This document shows, piece by piece, positions 8,164 to 17,763 of a stretch of 31,619 nucleotides of DNA (the stretch's first letter is position 1; the number at the start of each line of letters is the position of its first letter). The notes under the pieces are model-generated. The model was not told the origin of the DNA. It saw only the letters and a list, made by a program, of their open reading frames with translations, and did not search any database. Origin of the DNA: Candidatus Methylomirabilia bacterium (GTDB taxonomy: Bacteria > Methylomirabilota > Methylomirabilia > Rokubacteriales > CSP1-6); the NCBI GenBank assembly GCA_041496385.1, contig JBGQEL010000044.1, forward strand, positions 1-31,619. Reading direction: 5' to 3'. The translations under genes were made by a program, and so were the position numbers.

Positions 8164-9152
8164 AGGCCCACCTCGGTACCGATGGATCGCTCCCTGGCCC
8201 GATTGTACGCGAGGGTCGCGGCGGCCAGATCCTCGAGCGCGAAGCCGACGGACTTGAAGACCGTCACGTCGACCGGGCTCGTGCGCCCCGGCCGCGCGCC
8301 GGTCACGAGCTCCGCCAGTTCGGCGACGACGTGCTCGCGCGTGATCGCGCCTTCGCCGATCGGGAGCAGGAGATCGCCGGCCTCAAGGAGCGCCGCGCTG
8401 TAGGCGTCGACGACGACGCGCGCGCGGCGGATCGTCTCCGTGTCCAGCTCGCGCTCCGTGGCGCGAAAGGCGCCCACCGCGTCCACGTGGGTGCCGGCGC
8501 GGAGGTCGGCGCCCGCGAAAAGGGGCATCGGGGACGTCGTGGCGCACGTGACGAGGTCGGCCCCCCGCACCGCGGCGCTCGGATCGCGGCCTGTTTCGAC
8601 GGTGATGCCGAGCTCGTCGGCCATCGCCCGGGCGAACGCCCGCGCGCGCTCCTGGTCGCGTCCCAGCACCACGGCACGATCGAGCTTGAAGACGGCCGCA
8701 AGACACCGGAGCTGCTCGCGCGCCTGCACACTCGTCCCGAAGCACGCCACCCGGCGGCTGTCGGGTCTCGCCAGGTGCCTGGCGGCCAGCGCGGACGTCG
8801 CCCCGGTTCGTAGCGCCGTCATGAACCCGCCCTCCAGGAGCGCGAGCGGCTCCCCGGTGGCGTGATCCATGAGGATATAGCTGGCGAGATGGGTTGGACG
8901 GCCGCGCTCCCGGTTCTTCGGGTAGTAGGTGACGAGTTTGGCCCCGAGCCCGCCCGCCGCGTCCTCGCCGGTCGTCGGAAGAGACACCGCCGGCATGACG
9001 AAGAGGATCCCGGCATCGCCGACCTGCGTCACGGCACGGGACGGGACGGAGGTCCTCCCGGCCGCCTGGCGTGCGAAGGCCTCCGCGAGGGCGGCGATGA
9101 CCTCGAGCGGCTCGAGAATCCTCTGGAGGTCGGCGCGCGTGAGGATCAGCAC
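8160..9152 (-). CDS. Ornithine cyclodeaminase / mu-crystallin family protein
   Basis: MPA, KLVTYYPKN, TALRTGATSALA, HVDAVGA, FKSVGFALEDLAAA. Confidence 0.95.
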   Translation of the reverse strand: MLILTRADLQRILEPLEVIAALAEAFARQAAGRTSVPSRAVTQVGDAGILFVMPAVSLPTTGEDAAGGLGAKLVTYYPKNRERGRPTHLASYILMDHATGEPLALLEGGFMTALRTGATSALAARHLARPDSRRVACFGTSVQAREQLRCLAAVFKLDRAVVLGRDQERARAFARAMADELGITVETGRDPSAAVRGADLVTCATTSPMPLFAGADLRAGTHVDAVGAFRATERELDTETIRRARVVVDAYSAALLEAGDLLLPIGEGAITREHVVAELAELVTGARPGRTSPVDVTVFKSVGFALEDLAAATLAYNRARERSIGTEVGL

Positions 9153-9164
9153 GGCGTCGCGGGC

Positions 9165-9620
9165 TCAGCCGCCCGCACGCCTGATCATGCGCTGGACGCG
9201 GGCCTCGAGCACGAGCTCGCCGCGCTGGTTCAGCACGCGGTGCCGGTAGGTGACGATGCCGCGGTCGATCTTCTTGGTCTCGCGCTTGTCCGCGACCTCG
9301 ACCTCCACGGTGAGCGTGTCGCCCTCGAGCACCGGCGCGACGACCCGAACCTCGCCGCCGAGGAAGGCCATCCCCGTGCCGTGGATGAGGCCGGTTTGCA
9401 TGATGAGGCCTTCCGAGAGCGCGAAGGTCAGCGCACCCGGCGCGGCGCGGCGCTTGAAGACCGATTCGCGCGCGACGTACTCCATGTCCATGAAGAGCGG
9501 CTCGTTGAAGCCACAGAGATTGACGAAGGTGACGATGTCCGTCTCGGAGACCGTGCGGCCGAGCGTCTGGTGGGTGGCGCCGATCGCGTGCTGCTCGAAG
9601 GTCAGGCCCTGGGTTCTCAT
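9165..9620 (-). CDS. MaoC family hot-dog dehydratase
   Basis: GRTVSETDIVTF, NEPLFMD, APVLEGDTL, NQRGELV. Confidence 0.9.
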   Translation of the reverse strand: MRTQGLTFEQHAIGATHQTLGRTVSETDIVTFVNLCGFNEPLFMDMEYVARESVFKRRAAPGALTFALSEGLIMQTGLIHGTGMAFLGGEVRVVAPVLEGDTLTVEVEVADKRETKKIDRGIVTYRHRVLNQRGELVLEARVQRMIRRAGG

Positions 9621-11161
9621 CGTTCGGCCTTTCGATAAAGGGTGATCCGCGGCCCGTCCTCGGGCGCGCGGTATACGTGCCGGTCGGGTTCCGGGATATT
9701 CTCCCAGATCGTGTCCACCGTGGGGAGGCGGGTCTCACGGTATTGCCGAAGCGGGACCTCGGTCCGGAGATAGCGGACCGTCCGCTCGGCGTCCGCGTCG
9801 GCGCCCGGCGCGTTTGTGCGAAAGCGGAAGAAGAAGCGCGGGACGATCCAATCGGGAAACGGCCAGCCGGCGAGACTCTGGCAGCCCTGCCCACCGCGCA
9901 CGTCGAGGTCGGTGTAGAAGCGCAGGGGGAGATCGCCGTAGGTGATGAAGACTCGTTCGCCGGGACGCCCGTTGGCGCGCAGGTGCCCGACGATGGCGGC
10001 GATCGGTCCCGGCACGTCGTGCGTGATCTCGTACACGTACTTGGCGGGCGCCGAGCCGAGCGCGCCGTGCACGAGATCGCCACGGTCGAGAAAGACGAGC
10101 AGCGCCAGGCCGACGACCGTGGCGACCCGGTTCGCCGGCCAGAGCGCGCGCAGGGCGGCCGCCTGCAGGAGCGCCAGCGCGGGCAGCAGCGTGACGACGT
10201 ATCGGAAAAAGGCGAACGGCGCCGCGGAGATCACGAGAATGTGGCCGAGAGCGAAGAGCCCGAGCGCCAGGCACGCGCGCGGCGCGGGCCAGCCCTCCCC
10301 GAACCGGCCCCCCATGGAGACGTAGCGCGCCGCCACGATCGCCGCGAGGAGCACGGCCGAGCAGGCGTAGAGTTCCACGCGGACCAGGTAGCCCCAGAGG
10401 GTCCCGGTGTAGAGCCCGACGGAGGCGGAGGCCAGGGCGACTCCGGTCTTGCCCCGGATGTCGAAGATGGCGAGCCACGGAAGACTGAGCACGAGTGTCG
10501 CGACGCCGGCGCCCAGGAGTCGAATCACGCTGCGCGTCTCCGGCGTGAACGCGAAGAACGCGAGGCCGATCCCGGCGGCCGTGGCGAAGAAGACCAGGTA
10601 GTTCGAGTGGAAGAGCACGGTCATCGCCAGCGCCAGGCCGAGGACCGCGCCGCGGCGGTCACGAAGCAGGGCGGCGAAGAAGTAGAGTACCCAGACGGTC
10701 GCCAGGATGGCGACGGCGTAGTAGCGCGCCTGTCGCACGTGGAGCAGGAACGGCACGGACAGGGCCAGCAGGCCCGACGCGAGCGCCGCCAGAGCGCGAT
10801 CGTGGAAGAGCGAGAGACCGAGAACGTAGAGCGACACAATCGTGAGAACGCCCAGCACGGCGAAGGGCAGGCGTGCGGTGAGCGTGTCCGCTCCGAAGAG
10901 ACGGAACGACAACGCGGCGAGGTAGAACTGCGCCCACGGTGTCTGGCGCCAGAGGTAGTTCTCGTCGAAGTCGGTCGAGCACTCCTGCGAGATGAGGTTT
11001 CGACCGTCCCAGGCGATGGGCACCCCGGAGCGCAGGACACGCTGGGCGAGGAGGGCGGTCTCCGCCTCGTCGTCCCACAGGTAGCGACCGTCGAGGTTCG
11101 TGAAGACGAGGACCGCGCCGAGAGCCGCGACGAGCGTGAGGACAGCGGCCGGCCGGGTCAC
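9617..11161 (-). CDS. GT-C fold membrane glycosyltransferase (ArnT/PMT-like)
   Basis: LWDDEAETA, ARLPFAVLG, RQARYYA, many TM helices; GTG 11161 overlaps the upstream stop. Confidence 0.82.
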   Translation of the reverse strand: MTRPAAVLTLVAALGAVLVFTNLDGRYLWDDEAETALLAQRVLRSGVPIAWDGRNLISQECSTDFDENYLWRQTPWAQFYLAALSFRLFGADTLTARLPFAVLGVLTIVSLYVLGLSLFHDRALAALASGLLALSVPFLLHVRQARYYAVAILATVWVLYFFAALLRDRRGAVLGLALAMTVLFHSNYLVFFATAAGIGLAFFAFTPETRSVIRLLGAGVATLVLSLPWLAIFDIRGKTGVALASASVGLYTGTLWGYLVRVELYACSAVLLAAIVAARYVSMGGRFGEGWPAPRACLALGLFALGHILVISAAPFAFFRYVVTLLPALALLQAAALRALWPANRVATVVGLALLVFLDRGDLVHGALGSAPAKYVYEITHDVPGPIAAIVGHLRANGRPGERVFITYGDLPLRFYTDLDVRGGQGCQSLAGWPFPDWIVPRFFFRFRTNAPGADADAERTVRYLRTEVPLRQYRETRLPTVDTIWENIPEPDRHVYRAPEDGPRITLYRKAER

Positions 11162-12759
11162 CGCGCCTTCCGCTCGAGCACCGCGACCCAGACGAGGGAC
11201 TTCGGCGCGTACGCAGCAGCCTCGGGGCCCCAGACATAGCTGGTGAGACCGTCCGTGATATCGGCGAGGCCGACGCGCTCGAAGTCCCGCTGGTAGCGCT
11301 CCCACCACTGGAACAGCGTCCGGTCCGACTGCGGGCGCACGTTCCACGACGCCGAAGCGTTGACGAGCACCACGAAGCGCGGTCTGGCCGCCTCGATCTC
11401 GTCGATCATCTGGCGCTGCATCCGTGCGGCGTAGGGCTGGTCCTCCATCAGGGCGTAGGTGTAGACGAACCCGGTCGCCGCCGGACGGCGCGCGTAGAAG
11501 TAGATCTGCGGCTCCGAGCCGATCACCGCGATCCGGTCGGTGGGCGCGCTGTGCGCCTGAACCCACCGCGCGATCTCGACGGACTCCGGAAACGGGTTCA
11601 GCCCGAAGATGGCTCGCGCGACGCGCTCGGGCGGCGTCTGGAAAAGGATCACGCGCTCCGCCCAGAGGAGGTGCGCGAGCGGCACGGCCACGAGTCCGGC
11701 GACGAGCGCCCGACGGACCGCTGGCGTCCCGCTGGTCAGCCGCCGAGCCAACGTGTCGGCGGCGACCCCGGCGAGGAGGGCAACGGCAGGGGCGAGCAGG
11801 AGGAAATACTGGTTGCGGAAGTAAAGGCCCGCCGCGGTCCCCGCGAGCGAGGCCAACGCGAAAAGCAGTACGAAGTCGGCTCGCCGCCGGGCCTCATCGT
11901 CCCAGAGCAATGCTGTCAGCCCGACGGCGGCGAGGGCGGCGACGAGGAAGGAGGTCCCGGCGATCTCGCCCGACTTCAGCACGAACAGCGTGATCCCGTC
12001 GGCCAGGGGCAGCGCGGCGCCGTACGTATAGGCGTAGACGCTCGTCCAGAACCAGAACGTGGCAAAGACGCCCGCCCAGGCGAGGGCCAGGCACAGCAGG
12101 GCGTACGGGAGCGCGGCGCCGGCGAGAAGCGTCAGCGTCGGCGCCAGGCGCCCGAGCCGGCCGCTGCCCGCCCCGGGCCGCGCCGTGCGGGCCACCGTGT
12201 AGAGGGCGCCGAAGAGGATGAAGGCGCCGCCGCTCTGCTTGACAAGGAAGGCGAGACCGAAGAGGCCGCCGCTCACCAGATACGGAACGAGGCGCGACGA
12301 TCCGGCGGCGCGTAGAAGCACGAACGCCCCGGCCAGGGCCGGCAGCAGAACGAACTGCTCGGCGTAGCCACCGAGCCCGTGAAGCCGCGGGCTCAGGGAG
12401 AGTCCCGCGAAGACAGCGGCCGCCGCGAGGCCCGCCGTTGGGGTGATCGCGCGCGCGGCGACAGCAAACACCAGGAGGGTGGCGAAGCCGTTGACGACGA
12501 TCAGTCCCATGTGCACACCCACCGGCGACTGCCCGAAAGCCCACAGGACGGCCGCGTAGGCGCCATACACGCCCGGCAGCTTCAGGTTGTACGCGGTCGT
12601 GTAGGGCGGGATCCCCTGGAGCAGGAGCTGCCCGAAGTACGCATACTCGCCCTCGTCCCGGTCGAGCGGCACGTCGAGCAGTCGAAGCCGGACCGTCGCC
12701 GCGGCCAGGACGATCAGGCCCATCAGGATCCACATCCCGAGCCCCGGGCGTCTAGTCAC
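11158..12759 (-). CDS. GT-C fold membrane glycosyltransferase (ArnT/PMT-like)
   Basis: PLDRDEGEYAY, PY...KLPG, FLVKQ, GSEPQIYFYA. Confidence 0.85.
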   Translation of the reverse strand: MTRRPGLGMWILMGLIVLAAATVRLRLLDVPLDRDEGEYAYFGQLLLQGIPPYTTAYNLKLPGVYGAYAAVLWAFGQSPVGVHMGLIVVNGFATLLVFAVAARAITPTAGLAAAAVFAGLSLSPRLHGLGGYAEQFVLLPALAGAFVLLRAAGSSRLVPYLVSGGLFGLAFLVKQSGGAFILFGALYTVARTARPGAGSGRLGRLAPTLTLLAGAALPYALLCLALAWAGVFATFWFWTSVYAYTYGAALPLADGITLFVLKSGEIAGTSFLVAALAAVGLTALLWDDEARRRADFVLLFALASLAGTAAGLYFRNQYFLLLAPAVALLAGVAADTLARRLTSGTPAVRRALVAGLVAVPLAHLLWAERVILFQTPPERVARAIFGLNPFPESVEIARWVQAHSAPTDRIAVIGSEPQIYFYARRPAATGFVYTYALMEDQPYAARMQRQMIDEIEAARPRFVVLVNASASWNVRPQSDRTLFQWWERYQRDFERVGLADITDGLTSYVWGPEAAAYAPKSLVWVAVLERKAR

Positions 12760-13453
12760 CGAGATACGCGCGACGGACGTCGGCGTTGCCGGAGAGCTCC
12801 GCGGCGGTGCCGGCCAGCGCGATCGAACCCGTCTCCAGCACGTAGCCGCGGTGGGCGATCGAGAGTGCCATCGCGGCGTTCTGCTCCACCAGGAGGATCG
12901 TCGTTCCCTGCCGATTGATGTCGTCGATGGTGTCGAAGATCTGCTCGACGAGGACCGGCGCCAGTCCCATGCTCGGCTCGTCCAGGAGGAGCAGACGCGG
13001 GTTCAGCATGAGCGCCCGCGCGATCGCGAGCATCTGCTGCTCACCGCCCGAGAGCGTGCCCGCGACCTGGGTGATGCGTTCCTTGAGGCGAGGGAAGAGC
13101 GCAAACGCCCGGTCGAGGTCGGAGGCGATCCGCGTGTCGCGGCGCGTGAAGGCGCCCATGACGAGGTTCTCGCGCACCGTGAGACGGTTGAAGATCCGCC
13201 GGCCCTCCGGCACGTGCGCGATACCCCGCATGACGATCTCGTGCGGCGGCACGCCGACGAGCGGCTCGCCGTCGAGCGTGATCGTCCCGCGCGTCGGCTG
13301 GAGGAGCCCCGAGATGGTCTTGAGCGTCGTCGTCTTGCCGGCGCCGTTGTTGCCGAGGAGCGCGACGATCTCGCCCTGCCCGACCTCCAGCGCGACGCTC
13401 TTGAGCGCCCGAATCTGGCCATACGAGACGTCGAGCGTGTCAACGCTCAGCAC
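12752..13453 (-). CDS. livF: HAAT (branched-chain amino acid) ABC transporter ATPase
   Basis: GNNGAGKTT, VPEGRRIF, LSGGEQQML, LLLDEPSMGLAP. Confidence 0.95.
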   Translation of the reverse strand: MLSVDTLDVSYGQIRALKSVALEVGQGEIVALLGNNGAGKTTTLKTISGLLQPTRGTITLDGEPLVGVPPHEIVMRGIAHVPEGRRIFNRLTVRENLVMGAFTRRDTRIASDLDRAFALFPRLKERITQVAGTLSGGEQQMLAIARALMLNPRLLLLDEPSMGLAPVLVEQIFDTIDDINRQGTTILLVEQNAAMALSIAHRGYVLETGSIALAGTAAELSGNADVRRAYLGD

Positions 13454-14234
13454 GGCGCCGCTTCTCCTGGGCCGAGTGACGCGTGCCGAGGTAGGCTTCG
13501 ATCACCCTGGCGTTGGTCTGGACGTCGCGGGGCGTGCCTTCGGCGATCTTCTCGCCGTGGTCGAGGACCGTCACCCTGTCGGAAACCTCCATCACGACGC
13601 GCATGTTGTGCTCGATCAGAATGATGGCGAGTCCGAGGTCGGCGACGAGCGTGCGCAGGAGGGTCATGAGGGCACCGGCTTCGACCTGGGTCATTCCGGC
13701 GGTGGGCTCGTCGAGGAGCAGGAGGGAGGGCTCGGACGCGAGCGCGCGAGCGACCTCGAGCCGCCGCTGATCGCCGTAGGCGAGGTTTCTCGACACGTCG
13801 TTGGCGTGCGCCCGAAGACCGACCCGCTCGAGGAGCGCCTCCGCGCGCGCCAGGAGACCGCGCTCCGTGTCACGGAAGCCGGGGGTGTGCGCGAGGACGT
13901 CCCAGAGCCCGAGGGTGACACGAGCGTGCATGCCCACGAGCACGTTCTCGATCGCGGTCATGTTCGCGAAGAGGCGGATGTTCTGGAAGGTGCGGCAGAC
14001 TCCGAGCGCTGTGATCTCGTCCGGGCGGAGGCCGACGAGCGCGTGCTGCTTGAAGGTCACGCGCCCCTCGTCGCAGCCGTAGAGGCCCGTGAACACGTTG
14101 AAGAGCGTGGTCTTGCCGGCGCCGTTCGGGCCGATGATGGACGCGATCCCGGACTCGAGCTCGAAGTCGACGCCTGAGAGCGCGGTCAGCCCGCCGAACC
14201 GCTTGGTGACACCTCGGGCCTCGAACAGCACCAC
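13440..14234 (-). CDS. livG: HAAT ABC transporter ATPase
   Basis: GPNGAGKTT, RTFQNIRLF, LAYGDQRRLE, LDEPTAG, IEHNM. Confidence 0.95.
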   Translation of the reverse strand: MVLFEARGVTKRFGGLTALSGVDFELESGIASIIGPNGAGKTTLFNVFTGLYGCDEGRVTFKQHALVGLRPDEITALGVCRTFQNIRLFANMTAIENVLVGMHARVTLGLWDVLAHTPGFRDTERGLLARAEALLERVGLRAHANDVSRNLAYGDQRRLEVARALASEPSLLLLDEPTAGMTQVEAGALMTLLRTLVADLGLAIILIEHNMRVVMEVSDRVTVLDHGEKIAEGTPRDVQTNARVIEAYLGTRHSAQEKRRRAER

Positions 14235-14299
14235 TACCGCCCCGGCGCCCGTGGGTCCGGAACCAGGCTGGAAGGCCCGGGAACGGCACCCGGCGGCAT
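14234..14299 (-). other. Possible 21-aa Pro-rich bridging ORF MPPGAVPGPSSLVPDPRAPGR
   Basis: ATG overlaps the livM stop (TGATG) and TAG overlaps the livG GTG (TAGTG). Confidence 0.3.
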
Positions 14300-15492
14300 C
14301 ACTTGGTGAGCTCGCGCGCCCGGCGGCGCACGGGGAAGATTCCCTGCGGGCGGAAGATCATCATCAGGATCAGGATGACACCGAAGATCATCCGCTCGTA
14401 CTTGGCGGGCTCGAGCTGCGTCGGGAGGTTCGTGAGACTGTAGCCGAGGATCGTGACGCCCGCGTTCTTGAGCTCGTTGAGCCAGAGCGACAGCCCCTTC
14501 AGCACCTGAAGGTTGAGCACGGTCACGACGGTTGCGCCGATCACCGCGCCCGGGATCGATCCCATGCCTCCGAGGATCACCATCGCCAGCACGCCTATGG
14601 ACTCGAGGAACGTGAAAGACTCGGGGTTGATGAAGACCTGCTTCGCCGAAAACACCACGCCCATCACTCCGGCGAAGGAGGCGCCGCACGCGAACGCGAG
14701 CAGCTTCGCCCTCACCAACGGTATCCCCATGGCCTGCGCCGCGAGCTGGTCCTCGCGGATCGCCTCCCACGCGCGCCCGATGTGTGAGTCCTCGAGGCGC
14801 CGATTGACGACGATGACCACGATGACGATGAGCAGGACCAGGAGGTAGAGGGCCTCCGAAGCGGGGATGCCGAAGGGTACGGGCGGCCGCGAGATCGGTG
14901 TGATGCCCTTGGGCCCGTTGGTGATGTTGATCGGCTTGTCGAGGTTGTTGGCGAGGACGCGGATGACCTCGCCGAAGCCGAGCGTGACGATCGCGAGGTA
15001 GTCGCCGTGGAGCCGCAGGACGGGGAGGCCGAGGAGGATTCCGGTACCCGCGGCGACGGACAGGCCCACGAACAGGAAGATGTAGAACCAGCCGGGCGAG
15101 AGCGGAAAGGCGCCGCCACCGAATATCAGGTTCGCGTGGGGCGACCCGAAGATCGCCCAGGTATAGGCGCCGACGGCAAAGAAGGCGACGTACCCGAGGT
15201 CCAACAGCCCGGCGAGCCCGACGACGATGTTCAGCCCAAGGGCGAGCGCCACGAAGATGCCCACCTGCGTCGCGATCTCGAGATAGTAGGCGTTGTAATA
15301 GCCGATGATCGGCACGAGGACGAGAAGCGCCGTGGCGAAGAGCGCGGTGCGCAGCCACGTGGGGATGCGCGCGACGTACGCGAACAGGAGCGAGGCCTGG
15401 AACAGCAGGAACACGAGCACGGACCGTGGGAAGGACGCGACGGCCCAGGCCGTGATCGCGACCAACGCGACCGCCAGGACGGAGTGGATCAC
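14299..15492 (-). CDS. livM: HAAT ABC transporter permease
   Basis: GLNIVVGLAGLLDLG, GDYLAIVTLGFGE, GRAWEAIRED, ILGGMGS; GTG 15492 overlaps the livH stop. Confidence 0.95.
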   Translation of the reverse strand: MIHSVLAVALVAITAWAVASFPRSVLVFLLFQASLLFAYVARIPTWLRTALFATALLVLVPIIGYYNAYYLEIATQVGIFVALALGLNIVVGLAGLLDLGYVAFFAVGAYTWAIFGSPHANLIFGGGAFPLSPGWFYIFLFVGLSVAAGTGILLGLPVLRLHGDYLAIVTLGFGEVIRVLANNLDKPINITNGPKGITPISRPPVPFGIPASEALYLLVLLIVIVVIVVNRRLEDSHIGRAWEAIREDQLAAQAMGIPLVRAKLLAFACGASFAGVMGVVFSAKQVFINPESFTFLESIGVLAMVILGGMGSIPGAVIGATVVTVLNLQVLKGLSLWLNELKNAGVTILGYSLTNLPTQLEPAKYERMIFGVILILMMIFRPQGIFPVRRRARELTK

Positions 15493-16460
15493 GCGCGCTC
15501 CCGCACGACTTCGCCGAGGAGGCCCTTCGGCCGGAAGATCAGGATCAGGATCAGGATCGAGAAGGCGAAGATGTCCTTGTACTCGGCGCCGAACGCGCCA
15601 CCGGTGAGGAGCGAGAGGTACGAGGCGGCGAAGGCCTCGAGGAGCCCCAGCACGATGCCCCCGATCATTGCGCCGGGGATGTTGCCGATCCCGCCGAGGA
15701 CCGCGGCCGTGAAGGCCTTGAGCCCGGGAATGAAGCCGCTGTACGGGTTGATCAGCCCGTACTGCACACCGAACAGCACGCCGGCCGCCCCGCCCATGGC
15801 GCCGCCGATGAGGAACGTGAGCGAGATGATCCGGTTGACGTTGATACCCATCAGACTCGCCGCCGCCTGATCCTCCGCGACCGCCCGGATCGCCGTCCCC
15901 ACCTTCGTCCTGTTCACGATCATGTGCAGGGCCCACAGCATCAGCAGCGCCGCGATGATCACGACGAGTGACTTGACCGATACGTCCAGGGTCGTCGTGA
16001 GCTCGAAGCGCTCGTTGAGCACGTCCATCGTCGGGTAGACGAGGTTGAAGGCGTTGCGCCAGACCGACTCGATGAGGCGGATCAGATCCTGAAGGAAGAA
16101 GGAGACGCCGATGGCGGAGATCAGCGGAATGAGGCGCGGCGCCGTACGCAGGGGGCGATACGCGATCCGCTCGACGGCGACGGCCAGCGCCCCGCTCGCG
16201 GCCATGCCGGCGACGAGGATCACGAGCAGCACGAGCACCCACGGCAGCGCGTCGAGCAGCCCCGCGGCCTTGAGCGAGAGCAAGATCTCGACGCCGACGA
16301 ATGCGCCAACGATGAAGATCTCGGAGTGGGCGAAATTGATGAACTCGAGGACGCCGTAGACCATCGTGTACCCGAGCGCGATCAGCGCATACATGAAGCC
16401 GAGGATGAGGCCGTCCAGGAGGACCTGCGGGAAGATGCCGATGAGAAGCCCGACGTCCAT
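15489..16460 (-). CDS. livH: HAAT ABC transporter permease
   Basis: YALIALGYTMVYG, INFAH, GLKAFTAAVLGGIG. Confidence 0.95.
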   Translation of the reverse strand: MDVGLLIGIFPQVLLDGLILGFMYALIALGYTMVYGVLEFINFAHSEIFIVGAFVGVEILLSLKAAGLLDALPWVLVLLVILVAGMAASGALAVAVERIAYRPLRTAPRLIPLISAIGVSFFLQDLIRLIESVWRNAFNLVYPTMDVLNERFELTTTLDVSVKSLVVIIAALLMLWALHMIVNRTKVGTAIRAVAEDQAAASLMGINVNRIISLTFLIGGAMGGAAGVLFGVQYGLINPYSGFIPGLKAFTAAVLGGIGNIPGAMIGGIVLGLLEAFAASYLSLLTGGAFGAEYKDIFAFSILILILIFRPKGLLGEVVRERA

Positions 16461-16482
16461 CGACGCTGCGGAGCAGGAAGGC

Positions 16483-16511
16483 GAGGGGGGCGGGGTCTCC
16501 CCGCCCCCCTC
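16483..16511 (-). terminator. Perfect 13-bp stem-loop between livK and livH (mRNA stabiliser or partial terminator)
   Basis: GAGGGGGGCGGGG-TCT-CCCCGCCCCCCTC; only a weak pyrimidine tail. Confidence 0.65.
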
Positions 16512-16520
16512 ACGTCCGCC

Positions 16521-17717
16521 TTACTTCTTCGCCGGGGCCGCGATGCTCAGCCGCTTGACCTCTTTGTTGTCGCCCCACTTCTCCGGGTTGTCGCTGACGA
16601 CTTGCAGGACGAAATAGAGCGCCTTCTTCGGGTCGCCCTTCGCGTCGAACTCGACCGACCCGGTGATGCCGGTGTGGCGCACGTCGCGGATGCCGGCGGT
16701 CACGGCGTCGCGGGTCGGCGCCTTGCCACCCTTGGCTGACGCTTCGATGGCCTTTATGGCGATCGCCGTGGCGTCGTACGCCTGTGCGGCGAATGGCTCG
16801 GGGTTCTTGCCGAACTTCTTCTTGTATTCCTCGGCGAACTGCTTGGCCTGCGGATAGACGGACACGGGTCCGGCGACCGACGTGTAGTGCATGCCGACGA
16901 CGGCCTTGCCCGCGATCTTCGTGAGGTCGGACGAGTCCATGCCGTCGGGTCCGAGGAACTTCGACTTGACGCCTTTCTCACGCGCCTGCTTGAAGAACGG
17001 GCCCGCCTGTTCATAGATGCCGCCGAAGTAGATCAGGTCGGGGTTCTTGGCCTTGATGGGCGTGATGAGCGGATCGAAGTTCGACTTCTCCTCGGTGCCT
17101 TCGAAGCCGAGGATCTTGATGCCCTTCTTCTCGGCATCCGCCTTGAAGAACTCCGCCACGCCCTGGCCATAGGTGGTCTTGTCATGAATGACGTACGCCG
17201 TTTTCGCCTTGAGCGAAGCGTGCGCGAACTCGGAGCCCACCACACCCTGGACATCGTCGCGACCGCAGACTCGATACACGCTCGCGTACCCGCGGTCGGT
17301 GATGGTCGGATTGGTATTCGCGGGTGAGATCATCGAGAGGTTGACTTCCTTGTAGACCTCGGACGACGGGATCGCCACGCCTGAGTTCAGGTGCCCGATG
17401 ACGACCATGATGTCCTTGTCGGCGATAATGTTCTTCGCGTTGGCCACGCCCACGTCCGGCTTGGCCTGGTCGTCGAACGGCACGAGATCCACCTTGTAGC
17501 CCATCTTCTCCAGATTGCCCTTGAACTTCTCGACCGCGAGCTGGGTCCCCAGCTTGATGCCCTCGCCGAGCGCAGCCTGGCCACCGCTGAGCGGGCTCTG
17601 GGTCGCGATCTTGATGCTGCCCTTTCCTTGGGCGTCGAGGTTCGACGCTGCCGGCAGCGCAAACAACGCGAGGGCCACCAGCAGGACAACGGTGAGGCGA
17701 ACAGGGTAGCGACTCAT
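16521..17717 (-). CDS. livK: HAAT ABC transporter substrate-binding protein (LivK/LivJ family)
   Basis: Signal peptide, PLSG, DDQAKP, GHLNSG, HDKTTYGQG; strong SD AGGAGG before ATG 17717. Confidence 0.92.
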   Translation of the reverse strand: MSRYPVRLTVVLLVALALFALPAASNLDAQGKGSIKIATQSPLSGGQAALGEGIKLGTQLAVEKFKGNLEKMGYKVDLVPFDDQAKPDVGVANAKNIIADKDIMVVIGHLNSGVAIPSSEVYKEVNLSMISPANTNPTITDRGYASVYRVCGRDDVQGVVGSEFAHASLKAKTAYVIHDKTTYGQGVAEFFKADAEKKGIKILGFEGTEEKSNFDPLITPIKAKNPDLIYFGGIYEQAGPFFKQAREKGVKSKFLGPDGMDSSDLTKIAGKAVVGMHYTSVAGPVSVYPQAKQFAEEYKKKFGKNPEPFAAQAYDATAIAIKAIEASAKGGKAPTRDAVTAGIRDVRHTGITGSVEFDAKGDPKKALYFVLQVVSDNPEKWGDNKEVKRLSIAAPAKK

Positions 17718-17763
17718 CAGGACCCCTCCTTGGTCGTCGAATCGGCGTGGTCGGTGCGCCGCC

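Noticed and set aside
14299..16242. Long N-terminal extensions in the ORF track (livM, methyltransferase, FAD oxidase, GT-C 9617, pilN, pilV, livK) suggesting fusions
   Set aside because: The extensions are Arg/Gly-rich off-frame readings of upstream genes; better starts sit at stop/start overlaps or behind an SD
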